A stretch of DNA of 64,000 nt from Octopus sinensis (lineage: Eukaryota): assembly GCF_006345805.1 (NCBI RefSeq), contig NC_043000.1, forward strand, positions 160,518,001-160,582,000, given 5' to 3'. Below are positions 40,701 to 55,135 of this stretch, piece after piece. A program made the position numbers and the translations under genes. A model generated the notes under the pieces. It was not told where the DNA came from. It saw only the letters and a list, made by a program, of their open reading frames with translations, and made no database searches. Numbering within the stretch: the stretch's first letter is position 1; every line of letters begins with the position of its first letter.

Positions 40701-41699
40701 ATCTCCTCATTCTAATAATACACATCTCCACCCCCAACCCCCACCATCTATCCATAAATACTACCAATACATTCTCAAATTTTCATTCACACCCCGAAAC
40801 CCCATCGAACAAGCAACACAGAATCCACGGCCCCATATTCTGAAATTACTAAACATGACTAGTATTAGAACTTACATACCATGTACAGGAAATTTTTTTA
40901 CCATTTCTATACACCACTTTACTCGAATAATGTACCTGCAACTATGTACTCCAATCTGGCAAGCTATGTGCTCCAATCTGGCCAGCCCTAAGAAGAAACT
41001 AAGCTGAGAGCACTAGATTCCTTGAAAGAAGTCAGCGAATGTATACAAAAACAAGGACGGAAAACTCGGCGAAATGGTACACAAATACAAATGCAAATAA
41101 CAGGACATAACAACAGGTGTCTTTCGACTAGGACGAATTATATTAAGCTGATGTGTGTGAAAGTGAAGCCTTATGGCAGGGACATAAGTGATGACAGGTA
41201 TGGGGAAGAATATAGATTTTGCACGGATGGTAGTCGAACCAAGAAGGAAAGGTCAGGCTTGGACGAACACCGGTCACGTGGAGAGAGAGGAGAGAGGTAG
41301 AGGCAGAGGGACAGAAGAATTAGGGAGGGACGACGAAAAAGGGGACAATATGTATGTTTAATTACAGGAGTATATATATATATTTCATTTGTTTCTAATA
41401 TTGTTTTGCTCAGGACGGAAGAGCCTTTGGGCAATCCCAGAAATTAGGCTAATACACAACTATCTATTTTATTAATAATTTCCGTTAGCTTCTTGTGTCG
41501 AATTCAACATGTGTGTTTGTGATTTCTTTGAGTGGTGCGCCTATTTCTCTGCATATAGGCTAGAACATTTTTAAAGCTTTTATTATAATTATACAAACAA
41601 TTTTCACCTTAAATGGTTTCCTTTTATATGCTGGCCACTGATAAAATATTTGTTTTGAAGTTTTATCCTCTATTATTGTGTGTGTGCGTGCGGGCGTGT

Positions 41700-42900
41700 G
41701 TGTGTGTGTACAACTGAGAATGTGTGTCTGTGTGTCTGTCTGTCTGTGTGAATCCCTAAAACTCGAGAACTACGCAACCGATTTTATTCTAATTTCACAC
41801 ATACATTACATACAGACCGTGGAATGTCATGGGCCAAAAACGTCTTCAACTTCTTGCTTAATCCGGCCCCGTGCAATTTTTTACGCTGGTTCGCTACTAT
41901 GTGTCAAAAGTGAAAGAATAACTGCTGTTTCACTTTTATTCTTCCGTTTCATAACAATGTTTCAGTTTATTGCACATTTAGTTTCATATTAACACTTGAA
42001 TTAATATGACATCAAAATAACGCGTAAACAGCTCCTTTCCACAGAAAATGAAAGATTTAGCTTCTATTTCTACCACGACTTGCTACCAAGTAACAGCTAT
42101 TTGCGCTAACAACGTCTCGTTCTTAAATAACATTCATTCTGTTTGTGATTCGAAACAGATTCACAAATTTTCCTCCAAGTAAATAACTTATCCTTCTATC
42201 ATATAACACGTTACATTTAACGCATGGTTTTGCTACATTTGATTGTTGCGTTCCACTTCATCTTTAACCTTCTCAGGTTACCTAGAGTTTACAAAAACAA
42301 ACTCTTACGTTAACATTTAATATTGTGCTTCCATCGTTCATTCCCGAACAGCCTGTATAGTGTACAGTTGTTTCCCATTCAACAACTTCTGTCCAGTTGA
42401 ACATACTCTAACTCCACTCGTGGCCCATTTTACACACATTTACTTACTCTTTTACGAGAAAAGTTTTTGCTATGAACACTCTGCCACTGTTACTAATAGC
42501 TGTTGGGAACCCTTTTAACCTTGCCTTAGATTCGAACCGGGAACTCAAGAGCATTGTCCTTTTGCATATCATTCTCATTTCCTTCCCAAGACAGGAGAAT
42601 GAAACTTACATCGCACGACGGGACAAAATGGACGGGCCATTCTTACTTTTATATATATAAAACTGTGAATGTCTGTTTGTTTGCATCACTAAAACTCGAG
42701 AACTGCCCAACGGTTTTCATTTAAATTTTACACATGCCTTACTATGTGTCCATGCAGTGTTATGCTCCCCCCTCCATCAATTTCATCTTGCTGCCTAATG
42801 CGAGCCCAGAGCAATCTCTTACGTATTACACTATTTCAGTATTACGCGTCGAAAGTGAAACAATAACTTCTCTAATGCTACGTGTACTATTCTATGGTTT
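41700..42900 (+). mobile_element. two related Helitron/HINE-like 5' fragments (~41700-41990 and ~42645-42900)
   Basis: Shared ctaaaactcgagaact...aaagtgaaa.aataact blocks; tatatatataaaa...gtctg start at ~42650. Confidence 0.45.
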
Positions 42901-43339
42901 CAAGTTCAATTACATTCAATATGGACCTATATATAATAGTTTCATTTCTGTTACATTCAATATGTATTTATATATATGTTTCTGTCTTTATGTGTGCATC
43001 TATGTATGTATGCTTGTATGTATGTATGTAGTATGTATGTATGTATGCATGTATGTATGTATGTATATATACATATATATATATACATATATATGCATGT
43101 ATATATTTATATCGTTGTATATACATATATATATATATGCGTATATATGTGTGTATATATATGTATATATATGAATATATACATATATAGATATAGATAT
43201 ATGCATGTATATGCATGTACATATATGCATATACATATTTATGTATGTATATTTACGCGTATGTATATATGTATATATATCTATATATGTATGTATATGT
43301 ATTTATATGTGTTTGTGTATGTATATATATATATATCAT

Positions 43340-43556
43340 GTCTCTATATTTGTGTCCATGTTTGTTTCCCGCCACCATCGCTTAGAAACCGATGATAATA
43401 TGTGTACGTCCCCGTAACCTAGCGGTTCGGCAGAAGATGATGAGAGAATAAACCCCAGGCTTAGAAAGAATGAGCCCAGGGATTGATCTTGTTTAAGAGG
43501 CGGTCCTCCAGCATGACGACACCTAAATAACCGAAACAAGTAACAGAGTAAAAGAG

Positions 43557-43558
<2 letters not shown>
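43340..43558 (+). mobile_element. SINE family A, 3' half
   Basis: cgtccccgtaacctagcggttcggc...gaaacaagtaacagagtaaaagag. Confidence 0.8.
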
Positions 43559-43593
<35 letters not shown>

Positions 43594-43631
43594 GTGAATG
43601 GAAGAAATGGAGTTGAACGAAGATTGTACAG

Positions 43632-43739
43632 AATTCCTTTTATTACATTCTACACATGTTTCAAAGGCCACAATTTTCCAAATTCTGATTAAATAAGGAT
43701 ACCATATTGCAGCTTTCTCTTCAGGAAAAAGCAGGAATT
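43632..43739 (-). ncRNA. candidate type I hammerhead ribozyme (mirror copy)
   Basis: Reverse complement of the motif at 44164-44271; loop III GUGUAGA instead of GUGUAAA. Confidence 0.65.
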
Positions 43740-43959
43740 ACGTTGACAGAACAAAACAAAACAGAGGCGCAGCAAAGCAATTCGAACGAGGACGCTCCTT
43801 AAGAGCCCATGGTTAAACTGTTTATCAATGTACGTTGAAATCGGGGGGGGGGGGGGCGACAAAAGGCTCGTTGGAATAATTACAGGTCAGGCCGCGGTCA
43901 AATCTAGTATATGTATATATGTATATATATGTATATATATGTATATATATAATTATTAT

Positions 43960-44009
<50 letters not shown>

Positions 44010-44163
44010 AACCCCTGTAATTATTCCAACGGGCCTTTTGTCGGCCCCCACCAACCCCCCAATTTCAACGTACATTGATAAACAGTTTAACCATGGGCTC
44101 TTAAGGAGCGTCCTCGTTCGAATTGCTTTGCTGCGCCTCTGTTTTGTTTTGTTCTGTCAACGT

Positions 44164-44271
44164 AATTCCTGCTTTTTCCTGAAGAGAAAGCTGCAATATG
44201 GTATCCTTATTTAATCAGAATTTGGAAAATTGTGGCCTTTGAAACATGTGTAAAATGTAATAAAAGGAATT
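44164..44271 (+). ncRNA. candidate type I hammerhead ribozyme
   Basis: CUGAAGA (44179-85); 12-bp stem II GAAAGCUGCAAU/AUUGUGGCCUUU with one A.C mismatch; GAA; stem III ACAU/AUGU; GUA cleavage triplet (44257-59); stem I AAUUCCUGCUUUUUC/AUAAAAGGAAUU, imperfect next to the core. Confidence 0.65.
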
Positions 44272-44493
44272 CTGTACAATCTTCGTTCAACTCCATTTCT
44301 TCCATTCACTAATTATATTAAACTTCAATTATCCGCACCAACGCACGGTTGCAACACCAAATGGTCTTATCTCCAACCGTGTTTTTTTCTGGTGTGATTT
44401 TTGCTACCCAGGTATCGGTTAAACTTTTGAACAATCTGTAACAAGAAAATTCATCTTTCCATTTCAACAAACACACACACACACACACACCAC

Positions 44494-44524
<31 letters not shown>

Positions 44525-44525
44525 A

Positions 44526-44558
<33 letters not shown>

Positions 44559-44792
44559 AATGTGAGGATAAAATTCCTTTCCAAATAAAAATATTTTCTC
44601 GAAAAAAATTTTATCAATGTCCAATTTTTCGGCATATTTGGCATTAGAACTTTTTTCCTTTGCCCTCATTTATGAATTATATATATATATATATATACAT
44701 CATAATAATTATATATATACATATATATACATATATATACATATATACATATATTCATGTGTTTATATATACATGTATATATGTGTATATGG

Positions 44793-44826
<34 letters not shown>

Positions 44827-44848
44827 TATATATATGGATATATATATT

Positions 44849-44889
<41 letters not shown>

Positions 44890-44904
44890 ATATATATGTT
44901 TATG

Positions 44905-44966
<62 letters not shown>

Positions 44967-44984
44967 ATTATATATATATACATG

Positions 44985-45028
44985 TATGTATATATGTATG
45001 TATATATGTATGTATGTATGGAGATGGT

Positions 45029-45064
<36 letters not shown>

Positions 45065-45398
45065 AAGATTATAGCCTCATGCCGACCAAAGCCTTGTGAG
45101 TGGATTTCTTAGACGGAAACTGAAATATACATCTGAGTGTGTCTGTGTGCGTGTGATTGTCTGTGTTTGTACCGTCACCGTCACTTGACCGATGCTGCTG
45201 TGTTTATGTTCCTATAAATTAGCGGTTCGGTATATGACACTGATAGAATATGTATTATGCCTATAAAGAATAAATCCTGCGGTCGATTTTCGACCAAAGG
45301 CGGTGCTCCAGCATGACCGCAGTCACATGACTGAAACAAGTAAATCAATAAAAACCTATGCCTCCTTAATCCGGAGCAAGGCCGTGTATCTCTACTAG

Positions 45399-45482
<84 letters not shown>

Positions 45483-45521
45483 ATATATGTATGTATATAT
45501 GTATGTATGTATGGAGATGGT

Positions 45522-45559
<38 letters not shown>

Positions 45560-45895
45560 AAGATTATAGCCTCATGCCGACCAAAGCCTTGTGAGTGGAT
45601 TTCTTAGATGGAAACTGAAATATACATCTGAGTGTGTCTGTGTGCGTGTGATTGTCTGTGTTTGTACCGTCACCGTCACTTGACCGATGTTGCTGTGTTT
45701 ATGTTCCTATAAATTAGCGGTTCGGTATATGACACTGATAGAATATGTATTATGCTTATAAAGAATAAATCCTGCGGTCGATTTTCGACCAAAGGCGGTG
45801 CTCCAGCATGACCGCAGTCACATGACTGAAACAAGTAAATCAATAAAAACCTATGCCTCCTTAATCCGGAGCAAGGCCGTGTATCTCTACTAGTA
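44985..45895. repeat. tandem duplication (~494-bp unit) containing a SINE family A fragment and a Helitron-like 3' end
   Basis: 45021-45400 versus 45514-45895, with three C/T differences seen (gacgg/gatgg, gatgct/gatgtt, gccta/gctta). Confidence 0.92.
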
Positions 45896-45903
45896 TATAT
45901 ATA

Positions 45904-45982
<79 letters not shown>

Positions 45983-45997
45983 TAGATAGATAGATAT

Positions 45998-46034
<37 letters not shown>

Positions 46035-46286
46035 ATTGTATGTGCCTGGGTGTAGGTGCGTGAGCGCGTGGGGCGTGCGTATTTATGTTTCTATGCATGT
46101 ATGTAGGTACGTATACGGGTAAGAGGACGGACGCTCCGTTCTCTTCCAGCCTGACGTGTTGCTTTCGTTTCATGATCCTACGAAACTAAGTTTCGTGGGG
46201 AAGAATCAAGGTGTTATTGAATATACATACACATACACACATAAGCATGCTTACATATACGTATACGCACACGCACACTCACGTAT

Positions 46287-46337
<51 letters not shown>

Positions 46338-49300
46338 CATACACACACACACACACACATATACATGAATAACCTTTTTCTCATCGGCGATAAGTCTATT
46401 CTTACTTAGCATTGTAGCTACAGCCTTTCAAATCTTGCGACAGCAATGAAATAACTATCGATACATTCGACTAAAACCCCTTCACCCTGTGTCCCAGCAT
46501 GACCAGAATTCAAACAGAGTAATAAAAGAAGTATATAACTCAATTCTTATTTTATCGTCCGCGTGATGACAAATACTAACATCTACCACGGTGTGATTTG
46601 AACTTTAAATAAAAATAGATACTCTATAAGAAAAGCAGCCTTATTTGCACACCCCTGTCCTTTTGGATTGAAATGCTAAGAATATTAGCAACAGTTTATC
46701 ATACTTGCGCACCACTGAATATAAACGATGTTAAGGATGCTGGTGAGGAACGAGCATTTAGAATTTTACTATTTTATTACAGAGATAGGAATTTTTGTCA
46801 TTCGATACAATTTCTTCTGTACACGTTTTGCTGAGTTTTATATAATTTCTATTCTATAAAGTTTCTTCAGAATTTTTTTTACGTTGATATTTTTACTTGT
46901 TGTTCCCTAACTAAACACATCAATTTAGAATATTGGCTTTTCATTCCTTGCTGTGCTCCTCGACGCTTTGAAACTGTTTATTCGTGCCAAAACACCAGCA
47001 ATGTGTTAAATGTTATACTGCCTTTACTACTAAACCATAACAAATACATTTCTTCATTGTTTATTAGTTTGCATGCTGCTATTGTTTTTGTGGTTGATGT
47101 TGTTGTTGCTGTTGTTCTTTTTGTTGCTACTCTGGTTGTCGTTTTTGTTAGTTTAGCTATTGATGTTGATGTAACTTTTTGCTATTTTCTTGCAGTTAAC
47201 ATTTCTTGTTGCTGAGTTTGAATTTCCAGATTTTCATTTCTTTACGCATATTTTGTTAATGTTATTGCAATCTTTCTTTTCTTTCCATGTTTTGTTTTGG
47301 GGGCTGAATTCTCTGACCATCAACACAAAAGCGTGTTCAAAAATTTAATTTGCAAATCCATACATTGATAAAATGTTTTTGATTTGAAAAACAAAATTCT
47401 CCCCCAGTAAAGGAAAGAAAACAAAGAAACTAAATGAAATGATAAATGAAAGGAAACCTGTTTACGAGTGAACGTGAAGAAGAATTGAATAGTAAACATG
47501 ACGAAAATTTCAACTTCTATACTTTTCACATTTCGAGTTGCTTTTATGCAGAACACGATTTTCATAGAATGAATTATCAGACTTGGCCTGAATACAAATC
47601 CTCACTGATTAATACGAAAATAAGGCATGTATAATGAGCCTGTTTTATGGAAAGGATGAGGGAATAAATTCTTAAATTGCAATCTCATGGTTCTAGCTTT
47701 CAATTCTAATCCAGGTAAATTCAAATAATTTACTCGTAGTACAATTGAAATCTCTAACACTGCTTAATTTTCAAATACCAAAAACAGCTGGCAAATATCT
47801 TATCCAACGTAATTTTGAAAATATGATTTCATATATATCTTTAAAATTTAAAGCCCATCACAAGCGTAAAACTTTTGCTTAAGAGAGAGAATATGGGTAA
47901 GTGTGGTAGGAATGGCTTCGATTAATGATTTAAGCCCTTGATGCGTCCAGCCGTCAAAGGAGCATTGATATAATAACTTAAAAAAGTCACATTTTGTACT
48001 CGAGGTTTGGAACGATCTCACTAGGAAGTCTTAAATATTATATACTCACGCAGAAAAATACAAAAATAAGTTTCTGAAAAAATTAATGTCTGTTTTCGCA
48101 AGGTGAATTATACGCAAACAACAGAAATAGAAATATAGTGAAAATCTCATGTTAGAGAATCCTGTCTAAAAGAAAGGTCTTCATATGTTAAAATTAAGGT
48201 TTAGAGAAAACAATTGGGCATGTTTTGGCCAAAAGAGGTTTTTGTAGTAGAAGGAAAGAATTTCATTTCACTGAAGGGGCTGGCTTTCGCTGACGTCCAG
48301 CTTATCAAAGTTCAAAGTTCTTTTCATTGCATTTTAACACCAAGTATATACATAGGTGTGTATGAGGTGTGTATGTGTGTGTATGTGTGATTGAGTATGT
48401 GTGAGTGAGTGAGTGAGTGAGTGAGTGGGTGAGTGTGTGTTTATATGTGTTTTTCTTGCGTAACAAATTCTATTTCCATTAATATTTTTTGTAAGCATCG
48501 TTTGCATTTTGAAACTAAACCCATAGGTCTTTCTTTTCTGTGGTACACATATCGATACAAGATTGTTAGTAATGTATAAATAAGTAGACTAATGGCTAAT
48601 AGTTTGATAGTCTTAGTACTAAACTTGAACGTCTGACATCTGGTGTTGCGAACAGTTTAACAGCTCTTTAAAAGAAGGCATACCAATATGTAAAGTTTGG
48701 GTCGTTGGTCTATTAGATATAACTTGGTGTAATAAGTAGAAACATTTAGTGTGATGAAAAGGAATGGTTGCAGTTTATCTCAAACCAAACGTGATCAATC
48801 AGACTTAGAATGAAAGACATTCCAGTTAGAATAAGCACTACATATTTATAGTAAAATAGAAATATATTATTGCTTTCTTTCTATCATGTTATTTAAGGGA
48901 TACTAGGTGTAATGTCACCCGTCGCAAACGACCTTGTTGAGGTGCCCCTAAGGTGATACTTGCCCTATTGTAGTTAGCTAAGCAGCATTCAGATAAGACA
49001 GGAATATATTTGTGTTTTGTACTGAGTTAGAAACTTTTTTCTCGTCCTGAACTTTCTCGTTTTACTGAGGAAAGTTAGGCATAATGATGCAGATTCCTCT
49101 TCGTTGCCAATCGACTTTCATCATGAAATGCTGGTAGAGATGACACAACACGTACATAATTTTGATTAGATGCTACTCATTCACAGAAAAGTTTTGATAA
49201 ACTACTTTATAACACCAAATCTTTCCGTTTCATATTGCATGAAGCTCGGATGTTGTGAAATAAGGACAGTCCTATCATTACCATATCCGCATGGAATGTG

Positions 49301-52300
49301 AAACAGGATCATCCTTTTCAACTGTGTCTGTCAAGTATCATATAAAGAGATACACTAATGAAAGGCCCTGCCGAGTATATTTCAGTTATATCATTGCAAT
49401 ACTTTCATTACGTTTTTCAAGAGTGGATTTACTAACACTTTGAAAATTTTCTTTTAGATTTAGGTTTGAATATTTAACTATTCTTATCTAAGATAAAGAT
49501 TCCTTTAGGATAAACATTATTTTGTGCTTTCTGTTCTAATAGTGTTCTTTCTGACTTTGAAGAAATGTCAGGAGAAAATATTTGTTGATGAAATTTAGAA
49601 GTTAAAATTTATTTTTATTATTTCTAAGAACTGTTCTCATAGCATATGAGATAAATATGTGTAATCGAATTAAAAGTCATCAAATATAAGGAATTCACAG
49701 GATTCAGTGGCTTATGCTACGAAGAAAATTATGACAAAATTTCAGAAGCAATATTCACTGCAAATCTACACACAGCATTCGAAACGTATAGGCACATTTC
49801 ACAGCTGCCCACCAAAGAGAAAACACATTTTGATTCAAAATGTCTCGACGAAGAAATGATAGAATTGCTACACGGGAAAGTTATTTTTACACTGTAGAGG
49901 CTAAGTATTTTTTTGAAATTACACAACTGAAACGAAGCGACGCATTACAGAACTATAACACCATTCAATCTCAGAAACTGATTTAGAATTCCAAAATTCT
50001 AAATTACCTGTAAAAAGCATTCAATTTCAGTATTTCAACCTTCTTACATGACAACGTCGGATAGTAAGTGGATTTTGAAAGATATATGATAATTAGAATT
50101 TTAGTTAGTTGATAAATGCTTCCAATTAGATTTTGAAAGAGGAAATGATTTTTATCTGAATGCTTATTTTTCCTGTAGAACTTCATTGTATAAGTCACAC
50201 TATATTAAATTTAAGCGTAATGACATCTTTTTTTTTTGTATAAAAAGATAAATAACTATACTTAACTTTTTACATGATTGCATATCATATCTTTTCCCAA
50301 AATCATGAACATTAAAATTAATGTAAAGTAATTCTGAAGTTAGATTTCTCCTTTATAGTTTTGGAAAGAAAAAAAAAACATTAAAAAATTTGTAGATCTG
50401 TTGTGTTTCGTTTATAATTTAATTTTGCCAACCAATTTGTGAATATTTTTAAAAGGGCAGAATGATTATAGTCTCAATGCTGTATGATTTCCAATAAACT
50501 ACAATAAGATTTGATTATTCTGTGATACAATGTTTTTATGGAACACTAAATATAGAAAATAGTTGTAAGTAGTCTGAATGACAGTTCAAATTTACTCCCA
50601 GTGTTTTGTTATTTTCTAGACAGAAAATGTTTTTCTTGATTTCCACTATTCCAGGGTGATTTGGAATGTGCACTGTCAGCCCAGCTTCTAAACATTTGTC
50701 TTCTCGTTAGTTCCACACTTATATGATTGCAGGTTTAATATGATGGCTGTTGAGTAACAGCTCATTATATAATATACTGGCTGCTCAGCAATGCTTTAAA
50801 CCATGTGGTCTGCTTAGTCATTCTGCAGTGAATTTCCCCCTATGACGTTGCACTATCATTTCTTCGTCGAGATATTTTGCGCTACAAAGATAGAATGTAT
50901 TTGATATCATGACACCAGTCACTTACAGAATATCAATAATGTCATCAGTCAAACAATGAGCGTAACAGCCGACATTTATCTTTAATTTTACATTTATGTT
51001 AATGATATACGTTACCAGTATGTTAAACGACGGAATACATCCAATAGTAACTTCAGTTAGTATTTTTAACATTTTTACACCCTAAGATGGATAAAATCTA
51101 TAAAGCATATAATATTGTTTTATGTATAAAGTAATGCGTCTAATACTAGATGAAGGCAAAACTTTTCTAACAATTTACATTCGTAATTTTTAGAGAACTC
51201 ATATTGTCAGTACACTTTATGTAGTTGCATAAAAAACAAAATTATGTTATATCTGAGAAAAGCGGGTCCTAATGATTCCACTGTACCGAACGGCACGAAG
51301 TCTAATGATTTCTCCGTGCAATCAAAAACGAACACAAAAATATTTACACATAATCTTTAAATTTCAATATGTGCAGTGACTACAATGTGAACGTTATGTT
51401 TACATAATCTCTTTGCTCTTTACATGGAATGCTGAAGTACTTTAAATGAAAAAAAATTCATTCATGAAGTCTGATAAAGAAATAAGTTCTAGAGTTAGGT
51501 ATAAATACGAAATGAACAACTACCTAAATATTTCTCAAATTTTGTGAAACTGAGACTGATAATATACTATGAAAGGACTATATTTCTAGCGTTAGTTTTT
51601 GGCAAATTTGTCAGAGATGCACAAACATGTGAGATTTCAGTAATATTTACCCTCAATTCATCATTTATGTGCATCATGGTGTACATTGTATAGTGAGCTG
51701 GCACGAGATATGGCCTGAGCTGGGTTCTGATCAATTTATATCAGTCCAATAAGAAAGTTTGGATCTTTGATACTCGTCTTAAATTTGTTCCATTTTTGAC
51801 CTGCTCACGGAAACTAAATATATATTCGCTATAATGTATAGCAACATCCATAGAACAATCAGAATAAATTGCCACGTTTCGGAGCAGCTGTGCGACGTGT
51901 GCTTTCTGATTGAAGGATGCGTTCTTCCGTCTATTCTGTGTGTTGTCTAGAGAAAAAAATTCTAGTACTGGTGATATTCATTGTCATTACACCCTAATTA
52001 ACTTACAGGAGATTAATTTCTGAAAAAGCAGAGGACATCAGCGCCTTTGTACATCAGAAATGAGGTGCTCGGTAGCACTCTCGAGGAGAGTCTAGATGTA
52101 ACAATTGACTGCACTGAATTTGACAAATTCATGTGTATACAATTAAGCCCTGAGAATGTAAATGCATGCGGAAAGCCATGTTCTGTTGACGGGAAGTGCT
52201 TCCAGTTAATTTGCTTGGGGTCTCTTCGGTTCAATGCCTCCAGGTAGATTAAGAGTTGGAAGAAGAAGTTCAGAGGGGGGAAGAGTCTCTTAGAAGCTGA

Positions 52301-52928
52301 TTAAAAGTTGATGTCCCAAGAAAGTAGGCAGGATGAGTAACATCTGTATCATTTCCTTGGTGTACTGCTGCTTAAGCATCGTGATTTGTCAGGGAAAATA
52401 TCAAACTACATTAAGAAAGTAATGGAAGTTGGACTGGATAATTTTGATGCCCTTGATGTGGCCGAATAGCCTAAAATTTTATTTGTATTAATAATTGTGT
52501 AATAATAATCTCGAATGTGTTTACAAGTAGAGGGAATTTTCTTCGAATTAGCATTATTTGCAGTCTATTTTGTTCATATTTCAGTTACCTAGTTAAAGAA
52601 AATCTTCATTCTGTTGTATTCTCGATGTACGTGAAGTCAGCTCCAGACTTGAAACTGGCCACAAAATGAAGAGAGGGAACGTATTAAAGGGGTCACAAAT
52701 GGCGAAGTGACTTTAGAAACAAAACTGGTTGATTGAGTAACCAAAAGGCTTAATCAAACAGTAATTATGATAACTGGATAAAAAAATTAACAAAATTAAC
52801 AAGTAGTAAAGAAGTGAATTAAAAACAAAATGTTTGTGTGTGACACTTCCGTGGCATCCGAAAATAGTATATATGTACACATATATGCACACTAACATGT
52901 ACAAAGATAGATATATAGATAGATATAT

Positions 52929-53042
52929 CACACAGGGCTGAACACAGACGGGTCAAATTACAAGGTAGAGCTTTTCTTTTGGGGAAGAAAAAAAGAGGGG
53001 TAGGTGTTCGATCAAAAGGGATCGTGTATCACAGAAATGTCA
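52929..53042 (-). mobile_element. short 3' end of the same Tx1-like family, within (GATA)n
   Basis: Reverse complement tgacatttctgtgatacacgatcccttttgatcgaa...ctctaccttgtaatttg matches 32795-32956; (GATA)n on both sides. Confidence 0.7.
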
Positions 53043-53064
53043 TAGATAGATAGATAGACAGACA

Positions 53065-53192
<128 letters not shown>

Positions 53193-53427
53193 TTCTGGTA
53201 AATATCCAACTCCTCATTCGCTGTTTACCTAAAGACTCTTTTGTTTAGCCACACAATATATAACACGTAACGAAGTGGCCACTAAATGTATCAGTATTTC
53301 AACTATGAGTGAGGAAGCTAGTGAAAACTATCTTTATAAGATAGATGAGAATATATTTTTGGACGATTAAATATATATCACGAGTCACCTAGAACAAATT
53401 GCCCATGAACTTAAGCAGTAAATATAC

Positions 53428-53458
<31 letters not shown>

Positions 53459-53622
53459 TGTATGTATGTATGTATATATGTATGTATGTATGTATGTATT
53501 GATGGAAGTATGTATGTATGTATGCATGTATGTATGAGTGTGTGCCCTACGCTTCCTTTTTCTTCAAAACATGTCGCAGTCAGATATGCTTTAATCCTTT
53601 GCGCCTAAATAATTTAAGTATC

Positions 53623-54035
53623 AAAGGCGGCGTGCTGGTAGAAACGTTAGCACTCCGGGCGAAATGCTTAGCAGTATTTCATCTGCCGCGACGTTCTGAG
53701 TTCAAATTCCGCAGAGGTCGACTTTGCCTTTCATCCTTTCGGGTTCGATTAAATAAGTAGCAGTTACGCACTGGGGTCGATGTAATCGACTTAATCCGTT
53801 TGTCTGTCCTTGTTCGTCTCCTCTGTGTTTAGCCCCTTGTGGGTAGTAAAGAAATAAGTATTTCGTTTGCCGCTACGTTCTGAGTTCAAATTCCGCCGAG
53901 GTCGACTTTGCCTTTCTTTTCTCGGGGTCGATTAATTAAGCATAAGTTACGTACAGGGGTCGATCCAATAGACTGGACCACACACCCCAAGATTTCGGGC
54001 CTTGTGCCTAGAGTAGATAATAATAATAATAAGTA
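53623..54035 (+). mobile_element. two tandem SINE family C copies (tRNA head + CORE-like domain)
   Basis: gctggtagaaacgttagc...gttcaaattccgc B box; gcctttcatcctttcggg.tcgat CORE-like block; different 3' tails. Octopus OR2 is a known CORE-SINE, but identity with it is unverified. Confidence 0.75.
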
Positions 54036-54604
54036 TGAATCATTTATCACAGTCCATCAAATTTACCAAAATAGTTGGATAATATTTATTTTATTGATCC
54101 GTGAATGAAGAAATGCAAAATCGCTTCTTCGAGTTTTCAAATCTTGAACGCAAAAATGAAACGAATGTAAGTAAATGCTACCAACTACTTACATCTCTTG
54201 CCCTTCCTCGTATCTTTCGATACATCGAGCAATATCTTTGCTAATATCTTGGCAATATTGATTTATATTGGAAGCTCATAAACACATATTTGGGGAGAGC
54301 TTAGTGTCTATTATATCAAGGTTATTATTTTACTGCTCTTTTATTTCATTAAGCTTTCAAAACTAAATAGGTTAAGTTGACTCCGTGGGGATTTTATTAA
54401 TAACAGAGATGCCAATGATATATAGTATGCACAGAAATTTTGTGAGGATTGTAGACCATTATATTTCATTTAGCACCTGAATAATAAATCTGAACATCGA
54501 TCTCGGTGTCACTTGAAATCTGTCATTTATTTCATACATAAAAAGACTTAGCTAAATATAGTTCTGTACATTCAGTAGACAAACGCCTTTGAAGTTTTGT
54601 TATA

Positions 54605-55135
54605 TCTATATATATAAAACTCTAGTTGTGTGAGTGTCTGTCCCCTTCGATTTAGATTCCTAACTCCTCCCACATTTTGCGGTGCAGTTTAACCAAATTC
54701 GGGTATCTTATAGTCGTGATTCATATCGAGCCCGTCTGACTATTAGCGCGCGTCAACGATGAGTCTACGATTTTAAAAATAATTTAACATCATTTTTTAT
54801 TCCATTTTAATGCATAAAATGCATCGTGTGTCGATGGCGGCGGAGTTGGCGTCCACGCTCACAGCTGCACCTGTTTGCTTCTCCCCCTTCCCTCCCTCGT
54901 GAATCTGTGGGGAAGGGAGTGTAAAGAAATCAACGTCGTAATGCGTTGTTAAGGAAACCAGCGTTCTTTTAGAACAACGATTTCATGGCTTGAAGACACT
55001 GAGTCAACGATCTAAAAAAAAAATTATCATCATTTTTTATTCCATTTTTAATGCATTTTTTTGCTATAACTCTCTAAAAATGCTTATATAGTTATTTCCC
55101 TTACAAACCCGAGCAACGCCGGGCAATACTGCTAG
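54605..55135 (+). mobile_element. non-autonomous Helitron with extra internal segment
   Basis: A|TC start, 3' hairpin plus CTAG; ~180 bp (54825-55000) absent from the sister copies. Confidence 0.85.

Larger units (their letters stand above)
43588..44315. repeat. near-perfect ~300-bp inverted repeat (arms 43588-43886 and 44014-44315) around an AT microsatellite spacer
   Basis: The arms are reverse complements with only a handful of differences. Confidence 0.95.

Noticed and set aside
41022-41300. ORF with FCTDGSR resembling an RNase H or knuckle motif
   Set aside because: Single short motif with no supporting collinear domains.
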